Assembly: GCA_963825315.1 (NCBI GenBank)
Contig: CAWGST010000003.1
Span: 7,743 to 71,742 of the forward strand
DNA length: 64,000 bases
Source of the DNA: an uncultured Verrucomicrobiae bacterium
Lineage (GTDB): Bacteria > Verrucomicrobiota > Verrucomicrobiia > Limisphaerales > Palsa-1400
Direction of reading: 5' to 3'
The notes below the pieces were generated by a model. That model was not told the DNA's origin, ran no database searches, and worked only from the letters and a program-made list of their open reading frames with translations. Position 1 is the first letter of the stretch. Every line of letters begins with the position of its first letter. A program made the position numbers and the translations under genes. Shown in pieces: positions 11,203 to 21,598 of the stretch.

Positions 11203-11762
11203 CTAGCACCATTTCGACATGGGTGGGGCCTCCCCCCCCAGTCGTCGTTGGCAATCCACAGTTTGTGTTTAATAAACCAAGCTCAGTTCAAAGGCCGGCG
11301 CAAACTCCGCTCTTCACCGATGCCATCGTTTGGAACGAGTTTCCGATGGAGTCCGATCATCCTGCGCCTGACCTTTCCAAAGGAGAGGCTGTTGGCATAA
11401 CAGGAATGACCCGCTGCACAATCTGGCGGCATGGGGGAAAAACGGCGACCTCGCCCGTCAGCGCCTCCATTTATCGCCCTTTCTTGATGCCGAATGACAC
11501 GGCGATCAACATCGGCTTTGACGATGGCCATGCCCAAATGGTAAAATTGAACTCCCTTTGGAGCCTTTACTGGCATTACAACTGGAGACCGTCTGCAACG
11601 CCGCCTTAACAACTTCGTAAACTCCTTTCTGACAACATGTTATGACTATTCAAAAAGCCGAAAATTTCACGGTTTTTTTTCGGGGCGGATTACTATTGAG
11701 AAATTCAAAATCAACCCTGAAAGCATTCGGGGTTCGGGGTTGCAAAATGAAAGCCGGCTGCC

Positions 11763-11790
11763 TTCTTAATTCCTAATTCTTAATTCTTAA
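11763..11790. repeat. (TTCYTAA)x4 heptamer array overlapping the metW 3' end
   Basis: TTCTTAA TTCCTAA TTCTTAA TTCTTAA read directly. Related ATTAAGAA-type motifs form the hairpin at 24085-24188. Confidence 0.9.
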
Positions 11791-12390
11791 TTTCCCGCTG
11801 TGGTCCGGCGGGCTGCAACAGGGTCACCACTTCCTCGGCAAAGAGGTTGGGCAGGATCACCACCCGGCCGCGCGCGTTAAAGCAGGCATCACGAATACTT
11901 GAGACCGCACATCTGCCGGCAGAATTCGCGGAAGTCGAGCAGGGACAGGAAGTGCAGGTTCGCCGTGCGATACCAGGGCTGGGGAAGGGATTTGGTGACG
12001 GGTGTGCGTCCGCCGAAACAGAATCTGCAGCCGCACCCGGTAGTGGGCGAAGTTGCTGTAGGCGATGATGACCCGGCCTCCGACGCGAAAGGCTTCCCGG
12101 ACAATCTCCGTGGGCGAAATCAATTCCTGAAACGTGCCGAGCAACAACACGTAGTCGAACGACTGATCGCCATACTGATCCAAACCCTCGGCAATGTTGC
12201 CTTGATGCACCACCAGCCCGCGCTGGATGCAGCCGGCCACCAATTCGGGATTCCTTTCCACGCCCTCGGCGACGGCGCGCTTGAGCCGGACGACCCGTTC
12301 CAGGAATGCGCCGTCGCCCGTTCCCAAGTCCAGCACGCGGGCGCCGTCGGGTATCCAGTCCAGAACGGTTTCGTAAATTCCGGGGTGCAT
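11780..12390 (-). CDS. metW: Methionine biosynthesis protein MetW (SAM-methyltransferase-like), with two apparent +1 frameshifts near the 3' end
   Basis: The N-terminal 125 aa (MHPGIYETVLDWIPDGARVLDLGTGDGAFL...) are MetW-like. The expected continuation GGRTPVTKSLPQPWYRTANLHFLSLLDFREFC and then RDACFNARGRVVILPNLFAEEVV lies in the other two frames. 611 - 2 nt gives 203 codons. Confidence 0.75.
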
Positions 12391-12397
12391 GGCTCAA

Positions 12398-13600
12398 CTA
12401 AATCGCCGCGCCGGCTTGCTTGGAAATGGCGTGGCGGTGTTCATTCTCCAGGTAATGGCGCACGACATTGGCGAATTCCGGGTTTTGGATCAGAAACGAA
12501 TCGTGTCCGTAAAGGGTTTCGAGGTTGATGTAGGTGGCGGCCACGCGGGCGCGCTTGAGCAGGCGCACCAATTCCCGCGACTGCGCCGGCGGATAGAGCC
12601 AGTCGGAGGCGAAGGAGATCACCAGAAAACGCGCTTTCACCCGGCGCAAAACCTCCTCCGGCGGTTCACCGCCAAACAAATCGAACTGGTCCAGCGCCTT
12701 GGTCAGGTAAAGATAGGAGTTCGGATCGAATCGGCTCACGAAACTTTCCCCCTGATGGTGAAGATAGCTTTCGACGGTGAAGAGGGCCTCCTCGGCGGCG
12801 GCGGCGTTGGCCGGCGGCTGCAAGGTGCGGCCGAACTTCCGCGTCATGGCGTACTCGCTGAGATAGGTGACGTGCCCCACCATGCGGGCCACGGCGAGAC
12901 CGTGGTTTGGGCCGCAGTCGGGCGTGTAGTTTCCGCCGTTCCAATTCGGATCGGTGATGATGGCGCGGCGGCCGATTTCATTGAAGGCAATTTGCATGGC
13001 GTTGTGCGAGGCGCAGGTTGCGATGGGCACGCAAACGCGGACCAGCTCCGGAAAATTCACCGCCCAGGCCAGCGCCTGCATTCCGCCCATCGAACCCCCG
13101 ATGACAGCGAACAGCCGTGAGATGCCCAAGAGTTCGATGAGTTTTGCCTGCACCGTCACCATGTCGCGGACGGTGACGGGAGGAAAGTCCATGCCGTAAG
13201 GCTTGCCCGTTTCGGGCCGGGGCGACATCGGACCGGTCGTGCCGTCGCAGCCACCCAGCACGTTGGAACAAACGACGAAGAATTTGTTCGTATCAATCGC
13301 CTTGCCCGGGCCAACGTGGAAATCCCACCAACCAGGACGCTTGGTGTCCGGGTGAAGGCCGGCGGCGTGGGCGGTGCCCGACAAGGCGTGGCAGACCAGG
13401 ATGGCGTTATCGCGCCGGGCCGAGAGCGTGCCAAGCGTTTGGTACGACACTTCCACCTGATCGAACGTGAAACCGGACTGGAGTTGCACTCCGCGCAAGG
13501 TGACGGTTTGAGTGTGAGTCACGCCCAGGGGCGATTGATAACCCGCGATCTTCTGATCTTGAAGATCGCCCTGGATGATGCTGGCGGGCGGGTTCTTCAT
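12398..13600 (-). CDS. metX: Homoserine O-acetyltransferase MetX
   Basis: 400 aa from the ATG at 13600, with CHALSGTAHAAG...GGSMGGMQALAWA (nucleophile elbow)...YGHDSFL. The ORF-track extension to 13816 is Arg/Pro-rich and unlikely to be coding. Confidence 0.9.
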   Translation of the reverse strand: MKNPPASIIQGDLQDQKIAGYQSPLGVTHTQTVTLRGVQLQSGFTFDQVEVSYQTLGTLSARRDNAILVCHALSGTAHAAGLHPDTKRPGWWDFHVGPGKAIDTNKFFVVCSNVLGGCDGTTGPMSPRPETGKPYGMDFPPVTVRDMVTVQAKLIELLGISRLFAVIGGSMGGMQALAWAVNFPELVRVCVPIATCASHNAMQIAFNEIGRRAIITDPNWNGGNYTPDCGPNHGLAVARMVGHVTYLSEYAMTRKFGRTLQPPANAAAAEEALFTVESYLHHQGESFVSRFDPNSYLYLTKALDQFDLFGGEPPEEVLRRVKARFLVISFASDWLYPPAQSRELVRLLKRARVAATYINLETLYGHDSFLIQNPEFANVVRHYLENEHRHAISKQAGAAI

Positions 13601-13640
13601 TGGCCTTGAACTCCAGTGCGGTTCACGTTGCTGGCGCGGT

Positions 13641-14949
<1,309 letters not shown>

Positions 14950-15310
14950 TTATTCGAGGCTGCTGCCAAAATGACCGCAACCCACCGCGAGCGTCAAGTG
15001 TTTGTTCACCGCGTAAGCCAACGCGCATTGCAAATTACAGTATTGTGGCGGAATGAGCCTCCATGCCAAAAATCGTGAATTTTGCAGCTATTTTATCGTT
15101 GAACCGTCACAACCAGTTGTCAATAAGGCACTTAGATTAAAGGCTGAAGGCTGAAGACTGAACAGTGGAATAGAGTTTCATTAAAAGCCTTCTTTGGCAC
15201 CAAATTGGAGCGGCCAGCCACGACACGACTTTACCAAATGAATGCAGAAAAGAGAATTCCCGTTGAAAGAATTGACGTGACCGTGCTTTTTTGGGCCGGG
15301 CGCGTGAAAA

Positions 15311-16240
15311 TCAGATTGCTAAATCCAGAGGAAGGTCGCTGATGTCTCGAAGTCGCTTGCCATTTACGAGGGTTGCTAAATCCTTTTTCTGATCGCCGCG
15401 GCCTTTTTTCGCAAGGTCTTCAACCGAAGCCAGGAGTTCAGGCAATGCGACATGATAAACACAGTCCAAGTCGCTCGTGCCAAGCGCCAGGGACGCGATT
15501 CGCGAGGGCAAAGGTTCTGGCGTGATTGCAACAATATGCGGCACTCGCCCCTTGCGGTTACGGATAAGATTTAGAGCCTCTGACCGTGCATTTTGAGCTC
15601 GGTCACTGCGCAAAGTCCACTTGCATGAAACACTGGCGTGCAGCAATAGAGTTTGGTGTTCAACCTGTTTGCCCTTCACTGTTGTGCGCGTTTCGGGCCG
15701 GTTAATTTGCCGAAGCGGCGTGAGTCGCGCATACGTCTCATCGACCACATTGAATGGCGCATTTAATTTTTCATCTGGTTCGGGGCGGCGCAAAACAACC
15801 ACATCAGGCGTGATGATGTAATCTGCGCCAAGAGCGGAAGCGACATCGGCATCCGCTTCAATCATTTCCATGAGCTTGGTTAGATGCTCGTATTGCTCAA
15901 AATTGGAAATCTCAACCGACTGGCTGGAACGACGGTCGCGAATTTCCCACCCACCGGGGCGCAGATGGTCTAATTTTAAAAATGTTGCGCGTAAAAAGTC
16001 GGCGACCGCTTCCTCAAATTTCTTGCCAGACGTTTGCCCGGCCTCCTTTTTTTGAGTAATTGCCTGCCCGATGCGTTCCAACATTCCTTGAGCTATGGCA
16101 ATGCTGGCGTCGCTATCTTTGTCGGCAATATTCGGAACGCCACTCTTATCCGCCGTTAAAATTCCAGCAAGCAAGGCGCGATGAAAATCATTCCGGGCGT
16201 TAGTAATAAGCGGCTGCATTTTCATCGGAATAATTTTCAC
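15311..16240 (-). CDS. Type II restriction endonuclease, NgoMIV family (predicted GCCGGC specificity)
   Basis: ...LLLHASVSCKWTLRSDRAQNARSEALNLIRNRKGRVPHIVAITPEPLPSRIASLALGTSDLDCVYH...VNGKRLRDISDLPLDLAI closely parallels R.NgoMIV as I remember it. The true start may be the MQPLIT Met at 16219. The GTG at 16240 overlaps the methylase stop. Confidence 0.8.
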   Translation of the reverse strand: MKIIPMKMQPLITNARNDFHRALLAGILTADKSGVPNIADKDSDASIAIAQGMLERIGQAITQKKEAGQTSGKKFEEAVADFLRATFLKLDHLRPGGWEIRDRRSSQSVEISNFEQYEHLTKLMEMIEADADVASALGADYIITPDVVVLRRPEPDEKLNAPFNVVDETYARLTPLRQINRPETRTTVKGKQVEHQTLLLHASVSCKWTLRSDRAQNARSEALNLIRNRKGRVPHIVAITPEPLPSRIASLALGTSDLDCVYHVALPELLASVEDLAKKGRGDQKKDLATLVNGKRLRDISDLPLDLAI

Positions 16241-17268
16241 GCCATTTTTTGCTGGCGCGCCCTTTTGGTTTGGAAGTTCGTTTCAAGCAATCTCATTGTT
16301 CCGACGCGGTCAGCACTATTCAATTGAACTCGTTGTCGATTTAGCGCACGGCGGATTGCCAATCCAACTGCACGGGCAACCAGCGGTGGAAATGCGTTTC
16401 CAACTTGGCGGTAGGCGATTGTCTTTTTGCCTGTAAATTTCCAGTCGTCTGGAAAACTTTGAATCCTTGCAACCATGCCAACGGTTAAGCGTGGCATCCC
16501 ATTTTCAGGAAAGTTTTCGTCGGGAGCTTCATCGGCAATGCCCATTCCATCCACATAAAGCTCGCGCCACTGCTTTTTTGCGCGAGTTGGGCCAAGGTCT
16601 GGTCCGCCATGTTTTTTTGAGCCCCCTACAATTGTCGGCGCAATTGCCAACGCTTTGCCAGCCCAAGATTCTGCCCCAGTCCAGCCATTAGCACCCATCA
16701 AATCCACCAAAGTTTCTCCAACCGAACGAAACGGACCAGTCGGTTCGGGCCATTCAAAAAATTCTGCATCACGCGGCTGTAAGCCAACGAGAATGAAACG
16801 TGGGCGCAACTGCGGGACACCGAAATCAAAAGATTGAAGAACTTTCCATTCTGCCTGGTATCCAAATTTCGAAAGTTTGGCCATCAAAGCCCGCCGATAA
16901 CCCTCGAACTTTGCTGAAGCCAAACCCGGAACGTTTTCGAGCAGCACAGCGCGCGGACGAATCGTCTCGATAATTTTTAGGGCAGCCGGAAACATATCCC
17001 GCTCGTCATCACTTCCGAGTTGCTTCCCCGCGATACTGAATGGGGGACAAGGCACACCGCCAGCAATCAAATCAATGCCTGAATAATCTTGAGCACGAAA
17101 ATTGCGGATGTCGTCTTCGACCACTTTCCAATGAGGCCGATTCGTCCGAAGCGTCGTGCAATAGTGTGGTTCGTATTCAACCGCTGCGACATGATGAAAT
17201 CCGGCCATTTCTAAACCGAGGGCCTGGCCGCCACCACCTGCACAAAGTTCTATTGCGGAAAAGCTCAT
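16237..17268 (-). CDS. DNA (cytosine-5)-methyltransferase
   Basis: m5C motifs are present: SAIELCAGGGGQALG (motif I), GGVPCPPFSIAGK (PC motif IV), LLENVPG (ENV), QLRPRFILVG, and YRQVGNAFPP. Confidence 0.92.
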   Translation of the reverse strand: MSFSAIELCAGGGGQALGLEMAGFHHVAAVEYEPHYCTTLRTNRPHWKVVEDDIRNFRAQDYSGIDLIAGGVPCPPFSIAGKQLGSDDERDMFPAALKIIETIRPRAVLLENVPGLASAKFEGYRRALMAKLSKFGYQAEWKVLQSFDFGVPQLRPRFILVGLQPRDAEFFEWPEPTGPFRSVGETLVDLMGANGWTGAESWAGKALAIAPTIVGGSKKHGGPDLGPTRAKKQWRELYVDGMGIADEAPDENFPENGMPRLTVGMVARIQSFPDDWKFTGKKTIAYRQVGNAFPPLVARAVGLAIRRALNRQRVQLNSADRVGTMRLLETNFQTKRARQQKMA

Positions 17269-17723
17269 TTACTGCCTCGATTTTTACCGCTGGCCCCGCG
17301 AAAAGGCGAGCGACAATTTTTGTGGAGCGCACGGGCGATTTTGGCAGCAATCGCAACAGGGGCGGAAAGGTGATGCGCCCAAATGCGGAGGACCGTCCAT
17401 CCGGTTTGGCGGAGCGCCCTTGAGACTGATCGGTCACGAGACTTGTTCCGGGCGAGCTTCTGAGACCAGTATGCGGTGTTGGTTCCTGGCTGCCTTCCAT
17501 GCTTTGGGCATCCGTGCCAAAAGCAACCATCAACAAATATGGCTAGACGTTTGCGGCCAAAGGCAAAATCTGGCTTGCCCGGAAGCGGTTGATGCCGTCG
17601 CCAGCCAGTGATTCGTGCCGCGCGGAGTATGGCTGCCAGTTTTAACTCGGTTTCCTTGTTGCCGCGGGAGCGGATTGCGCCCATCACTTGGGATCGTTTC
17701 TCTTTGGTGAAAACGTCTGACAT
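17265..17723 (-). CDS. vsr: Very-short-patch repair endonuclease Vsr
   Basis: MSDVFTKEKRSQVMGAIRSRGNKETELKLAAILRA...KPDFAFGRKRLAIFVDGCFWHGC...TNTAYWSQKLARNKSRD...GWTVLRIW. There is an ATGA overlap with the methylase start. Confidence 0.9.
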   Translation of the reverse strand: MSDVFTKEKRSQVMGAIRSRGNKETELKLAAILRAARITGWRRHQPLPGKPDFAFGRKRLAIFVDGCFWHGCPKHGRQPGTNTAYWSQKLARNKSRDRSVSRALRQTGWTVLRIWAHHLSAPVAIAAKIARALHKNCRSPFRGASGKNRGSK

Positions 17724-18246
17724 GAAGGAAGCATGACAGATGGAGACCTGACAAGTCAAATGGGGTCCCATAGTTTGGTTCGTTTTTGGATAATCTCGGA
17801 ATCATTTATCGCCACTTGCCCGCATTGAGGCGGTTCCATGTTGGCCCTTTGACGGTAAAACTTTCTGCGTTTGCGAAGTATGTAATCCTGAAATATTTTC
17901 ACATGGACAAACACCTGTCCATCTGGTCAAAGGATCGAAGGGGTCAACCGTAGCGTTGGCCATTTTGGGGATTGTAAAAGTCCCGGGCAATTGGTCTTTT
18001 CTCATTCCCCGCCGCCAACAAAACCTGCTTTTTTGCGTGCTTGTCAAGAATACATACTTGACAAGAAGGCCATCGACACGCGTTTTAATCAATGTTTGCA
18101 GGGGTTTCGTGTTCCAAAAAAACCTCCCACCATGAGATGTACAACTTCCGCCTCTTGTGCTAAAATCCTCCAATGAGCACGCATTGTCGCGCCAAAAGGC
18201 AGCTTCGGAATGTCCAAAGAGCGCAACCGTCCCGGTCGCTATGTGG

Positions 18247-18323
18247 GGCGTCCCGCCCCGCTCTTCCGCTCAAGGATGTGTTTGGCGGGACGCCAGACAC
18301 CGCGTGCGAGACGCACGCGCTCC
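18247..18323. repeat. REP-like GC-rich motif cluster (GGCGTCCCGCC / GGCGGGACGCC inverted pair plus GCGAGACGCACGCGCTCC)
   Basis: A perfect 11-bp inverted repeat at 18247-18257 and 18284-18294. The 40-nt unit at 18284-18323 recurs in reverse orientation at 53530-53569, with the first 11 and 17 of the last 18 nt identical. Confidence 0.75.
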
Positions 18324-18790
18324 CAATCCGTCTTTCTGCCCTCCTGAATGATCCGCAGGGGAATCAGACAGAAAGAGTCCATGGTTTCCATTCCTCCCCC
18401 GAACACTTTCGCGGTTCCCCTGATGATTTCCTCTGCCCAAGGAGAATCCGGCCTATCTTCTTGTCCGCCTTGGCCTTGGCGTCGGCGGATGCGCCTTTTG
18501 CCCCTGGCGACTTTGCGTTTGATTCCCGCATCAAAAATCAAACTCCGTCGCACCGTGTCGCAGTCAGTCGCAGTGATTTTATGGAAGGCCCGGTCAAAGC
18601 AACCCGGCCAATTTCCGAAAAAGTTAAAGTCATTCACAGTCAAAGAACCGTAAAAACCGTAAAATCACTTTCGGGCCTTTTTCAATTGGAAACTCCTGCC
18701 GTCCAATCGGTTCCAACCAAAACAGGCTGGGGAGATTTTACGGCTTTTGCGTTAATTTTACGCATGGGCATGGGGGGAGGGGGTCAATGA

Positions 18791-18820
18791 ATCCTTATCT
18801 TAATCTTAATCCTAATCTCA
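18791..18820. repeat. (ATCYTA)x5 hexamer array
   Basis: ATCCTT ATCTTA ATCTTA ATCCTA ATCTCA. Same family as the arrays at 21484-21551 and 43503-43539. Confidence 0.9.
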
Positions 18821-19131
18821 GGCGAGGGGTCTGGCGCGGCTCAGAGGCGCAAGACCGGTCTGCTTCGATGGCAAATTCATCGGATACACGGAAAAAACTT
18901 TCCGGGAGCCGAGGACCGTGGCCAAACAAGCCGGACGGGCCAAGCAGCAGCGGCGCCCGTCTGTCAATCGAATAGAGGAAAAAATTATCAAATGCCAAAA
19001 ATGCCAAAATCCGTGCAATTCAGGCCCGTAAAAGGCTCGTGGCAGGGTCAAGTGACGCTGTTCTCGCCGCATGAGCGGCGGCCAAACTTGAACTTTGAAC
19101 TCCGGGCCGGATTGTGGCTTCATCTCCCGCC

Positions 19132-21042
19132 ATGAGCAAAATCGTCGGCATTGATCTGGGCACCACCAACTCGCTGGTCGCCATGGTGGATTCAGGCATC
19201 CCCTGTGTCATCGCCGATGCGGAGGGGCGGCGGTTGACTCCGTCGGTGGTCCACTTCCCGGGGAACGGCGCCGCTCCCGTCGTCGGCCACAAGGCCAATC
19301 GGGTGCGCGTCCTCAAGCCGGACGAAACGGTCTATTCCATCAAGCGTTTCATGGGACGGCGCGGCGCGGAGATTTCGCGCGAGGAAATGCTGGTGACTTA
19401 CCCGGTCAGAGGCGAAGGCGCGGGGCCGGTGAGCGTCGCCATTCATGGCCGTTCGTATGCGCCGGAGGAAATCTCGGCGGAAATTTTGAAAAAATTGAAA
19501 CAGGACGCGGAGAGCGCGCTGGGCGAACCGGTCACGCGCGCGGTCATTACCGTGCCGGCCTATTTCAACGACGCGCAACGCAACGCGACCAAAAAGGCGG
19601 GCGAATTGGCCGGTTTCACCGTCGAGCGCATTGTCAACGAACCAACGGCCGCGGCGCTGGCCCATGGCTTGGGCAAATTGACCGAACATTCCAAAATCGC
19701 CGTGTATGATTTGGGCGGCGGCACTTTCGATCTTTCGATCCTCGAATTGAACGGCGGCGTTTTTCAGGTCCTCTCCACCAACGGCAACACACGCCTGGGC
19801 GGCGATGACCTGGACAAACGCCTGGTCGATTTCATCCTCGAAAAAATCAAGGCCGGCGGCGGCCCGGACGCGGCGCTCGATTTGCCCATGCTGTCGCGCA
19901 TCCGGGAGGCAGCCGAGCAAACCAAAATCCGCCTCTCGACCGAGCCGGCGGTGGAAATCGCCCTTCCCTTCCTCTCTCCCGATTATCATTTTCACCTGAT
20001 GCTGCGGCGCGAAGAATTGGAGGACCTGACGCGCGACATCCTTCTGCGCACGCGTCCGCATTGCCTGCGCTCCCTGGCCGATGCGAAACTGGAGGCCAAA
20101 GACCTCGATCAAGTCATTCTCGTCGGCGGCCAGACCCGCATGCCGCTGGCGCGAAGAATTGTCGCGGAAATTTTTGGCTGCGCGGAGTTCGACGAAGCGC
20201 GCGGCGATGTTCGTTTGGGCGCCGATTATCACCCGGCGTCCGGCCCGCGCCTGAACACGTCGCAGAACCCGGACGAAGCGGTTGCCCTGGGCGCGGCCAT
20301 TCAGGCGGAAATTCTTTCCGGCGGATTCAAGGATGTCCTTTTGCTTGACGTCACGCCGCTTTCCCTGGGCATCGAAACCTTCGGCGGATTGATGAACGTC
20401 ATCATCCCGCGCAACTCGACCATTCCGATCAAGGCGGGCGAACTGTTCACCACCGCCGTTGATCAACAGCCCGAAATGTTGATTCATGTCCTGCAAGGCG
20501 AGCGCGAGCGGGCCGAAGACAATTGGAGCCTGGGCCGGTTCACGCTCGATTTCCCGCCCGCGGCCAGGGGCCTGCCGCGCGTCGGCGTGCAATTTGAAAT
20601 TGACGCCGACGGCATTCTGCACGTCCTGGCCCGCGACACCAAAACCGGCCGGCAGAAAATCGTGGAAATGAAATCCGCCGTCGATGTCTCCGATGCCGCC
20701 GTGCAAAAGATGGTTGAAGAATCGGTCGAACACGCCTTCGACGACTTGAAGGCGCGCCAGTGGATCGAAGCCAGATTGCGCGCCGTGGAAACGCTTCAGG
20801 CCGCGCGCAAGGGCCTGGCCGATTGCGCGGGAGAGATCGAGGCCGATTACAAAACAAAAGTGGAAACGGCCATGAGCGCGTTGGAAGCAGCGCTGGCGGC
20901 GGAAGACCCGGAGACCAAGACGGGCGATCCCATTCGTCTCAAAGCCGCCAACGCCGCCTTGGACGAAGCCACGCGGCCCCTGGCCGATCTGCTCATGGAC
21001 AAGGCGATGGACGCCATGTTGCGTCAGCGGGGGCTGATATGA
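19132..21042 (+). CDS. hscA: Hsp70-family chaperone, HscA-like
   Basis: MSKIVGIDLGTTNSLVAMV...VITVPAYFNDAQRNATKKAG...IAVYDLGGGTFDLSILE...ILVGGQTRMP...VTPLSLGIET. The SLVA signature and the lack of a C-terminal EEVD tail favour HscA over DnaK. No isc genes are adjacent. Confidence 0.7.
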   Translation: MSKIVGIDLGTTNSLVAMVDSGIPCVIADAEGRRLTPSVVHFPGNGAAPVVGHKANRVRVLKPDETVYSIKRFMGRRGAEISREEMLVTYPVRGEGAGPVSVAIHGRSYAPEEISAEILKKLKQDAESALGEPVTRAVITVPAYFNDAQRNATKKAGELAGFTVERIVNEPTAAALAHGLGKLTEHSKIAVYDLGGGTFDLSILELNGGVFQVLSTNGNTRLGGDDLDKRLVDFILEKIKAGGGPDAALDLPMLSRIREAAEQTKIRLSTEPAVEIALPFLSPDYHFHLMLRREELEDLTRDILLRTRPHCLRSLADAKLEAKDLDQVILVGGQTRMPLARRIVAEIFGCAEFDEARGDVRLGADYHPASGPRLNTSQNPDEAVALGAAIQAEILSGGFKDVLLLDVTPLSLGIETFGGLMNVIIPRNSTIPIKAGELFTTAVDQQPEMLIHVLQGERERAEDNWSLGRFTLDFPPAARGLPRVGVQFEIDADGILHVLARDTKTGRQKIVEMKSAVDVSDAAVQKMVEESVEHAFDDLKARQWIEARLRAVETLQAARKGLADCAGEIEADYKTKVETAMSALEAALAAEDPETKTGDPIRLKAANAALDEATRPLADLLMDKAMDAMLRQRGLI

Positions 21043-21458
21043 GCACCAAGAAGGAGAAAATGGCCGGGAAGGTTGAACAGTGGCGCGGCCGGGGCGGCGA
21101 TCCGCATTACCTGGGTTATTTCGATTGCTTCAATCGCGGCCTGTTTTATGAAGCGCACGATGTTCTGGAACAGCTTTGGCTCAAGGATCGTCATGGCCCG
21201 AACGGCCCTTTCTACAAGGGATTGATTCAACTGGCCGGGGCCTTTGTCCATCTGCAAAAGAACCGCCTGCGCCCCGCAGCGGCGCTTTTCAAACTGGCCG
21301 ATGCGAACCTGAAAAATTATCCCCCGCAACACGAGCAACTCAATCTGCGCGAGCTGGGAGACTTGACCGCGCGCTGGCTGGCCGAACTGGAAGCGGGCGG
21401 GTTCAAGGCCAACCCGCTCACTGCGGCCAATCGTCCGAAGATTGCCATGCCGGCTTGA
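21039..21458 (+). CDS. DUF309-domain protein
   Basis: 139 aa containing YLGYFDCFNRGLFYEAHDVLEQLWL...YKGLIQLAGAFVHLQKNR, the DUF309 helical-hairpin pattern. ATGA-type overlap with the upstream stop. Confidence 0.65.
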   Translation: MSTKKEKMAGKVEQWRGRGGDPHYLGYFDCFNRGLFYEAHDVLEQLWLKDRHGPNGPFYKGLIQLAGAFVHLQKNRLRPAAALFKLADANLKNYPPQHEQLNLRELGDLTARWLAELEAGGFKANPLTAANRPKIAMPA

Positions 21459-21483
21459 CCGCCGCCGGTGGGGGGTTCTGGCT

Positions 21484-21551
21484 CCTAATCTTAATCCTAA
21501 TCCTAATCCTAATCTCTTGAAAACTGGATTAAGATTAAGATTAGGATTAGG
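21484..21551. terminator. Long imperfect hairpin built from opposed (CYTAAT)n hexamer arrays between convergent genes; possible bidirectional terminator
   Basis: The left arm (21484-21516) and right arm (21526-21551) pair at 23 of 25 positions (2 C.A mismatches, 1 G.U). It lies between the stop codons at 21458 (+) and 21599 (-). There is no flanking U-tract. Confidence 0.45.
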
Positions 21552-21598
21552 AACGGCTATCCAAAAATCGGGATGCACCCCGTCGCTATCTTCCGTTG

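Larger units (their letters stand above)
8965..11609 (+). pseudogene. Prepilin-type/DUF1559-like protein (paralogue 3), interrupted by a MITE plus an IS5/IS1182-type element
   Basis: 8979-9395 is nearly identical to 6330-6745, and 11225-11609 to 6770-7150. Joining 8965-9395 to 11207-11609 gives an in-frame 834-nt ORF (...SYDPAVTS-TISTWVGPPPPVVVGNPQF...). Confidence 0.85.

Noticed and set aside
18239-18643. 134-aa minus-strand ORF as a RAYT/IS200-like transposase associated with the REP-like motifs
   Set aside because: No HUH or catalytic Tyr motif is recognisable. The C-terminal third is simply the translated GC-rich repeat, and the ORF overlaps an equally long ORF on the other strand.
19192-20733. 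Very long antisense ORFs opposite confident genes (19192-20733, 35192-37447, 49571-51181, 51522-53453, 60901-62607, 9917-11005, 43940-45118 and others)
   Set aside because: These are typical shadow ORFs of high-GC DNA. Their translations are Arg/Gly/Ala/Pro-rich with no recognisable motifs, while the opposite strand encodes clear conserved proteins.
21484-21551. CRISPR array or telomere-like repeat
   Set aside because: The 6-nt units are contiguous with no spacers, and no cas genes are present. The arrays are short and internal to a chromosome segment.
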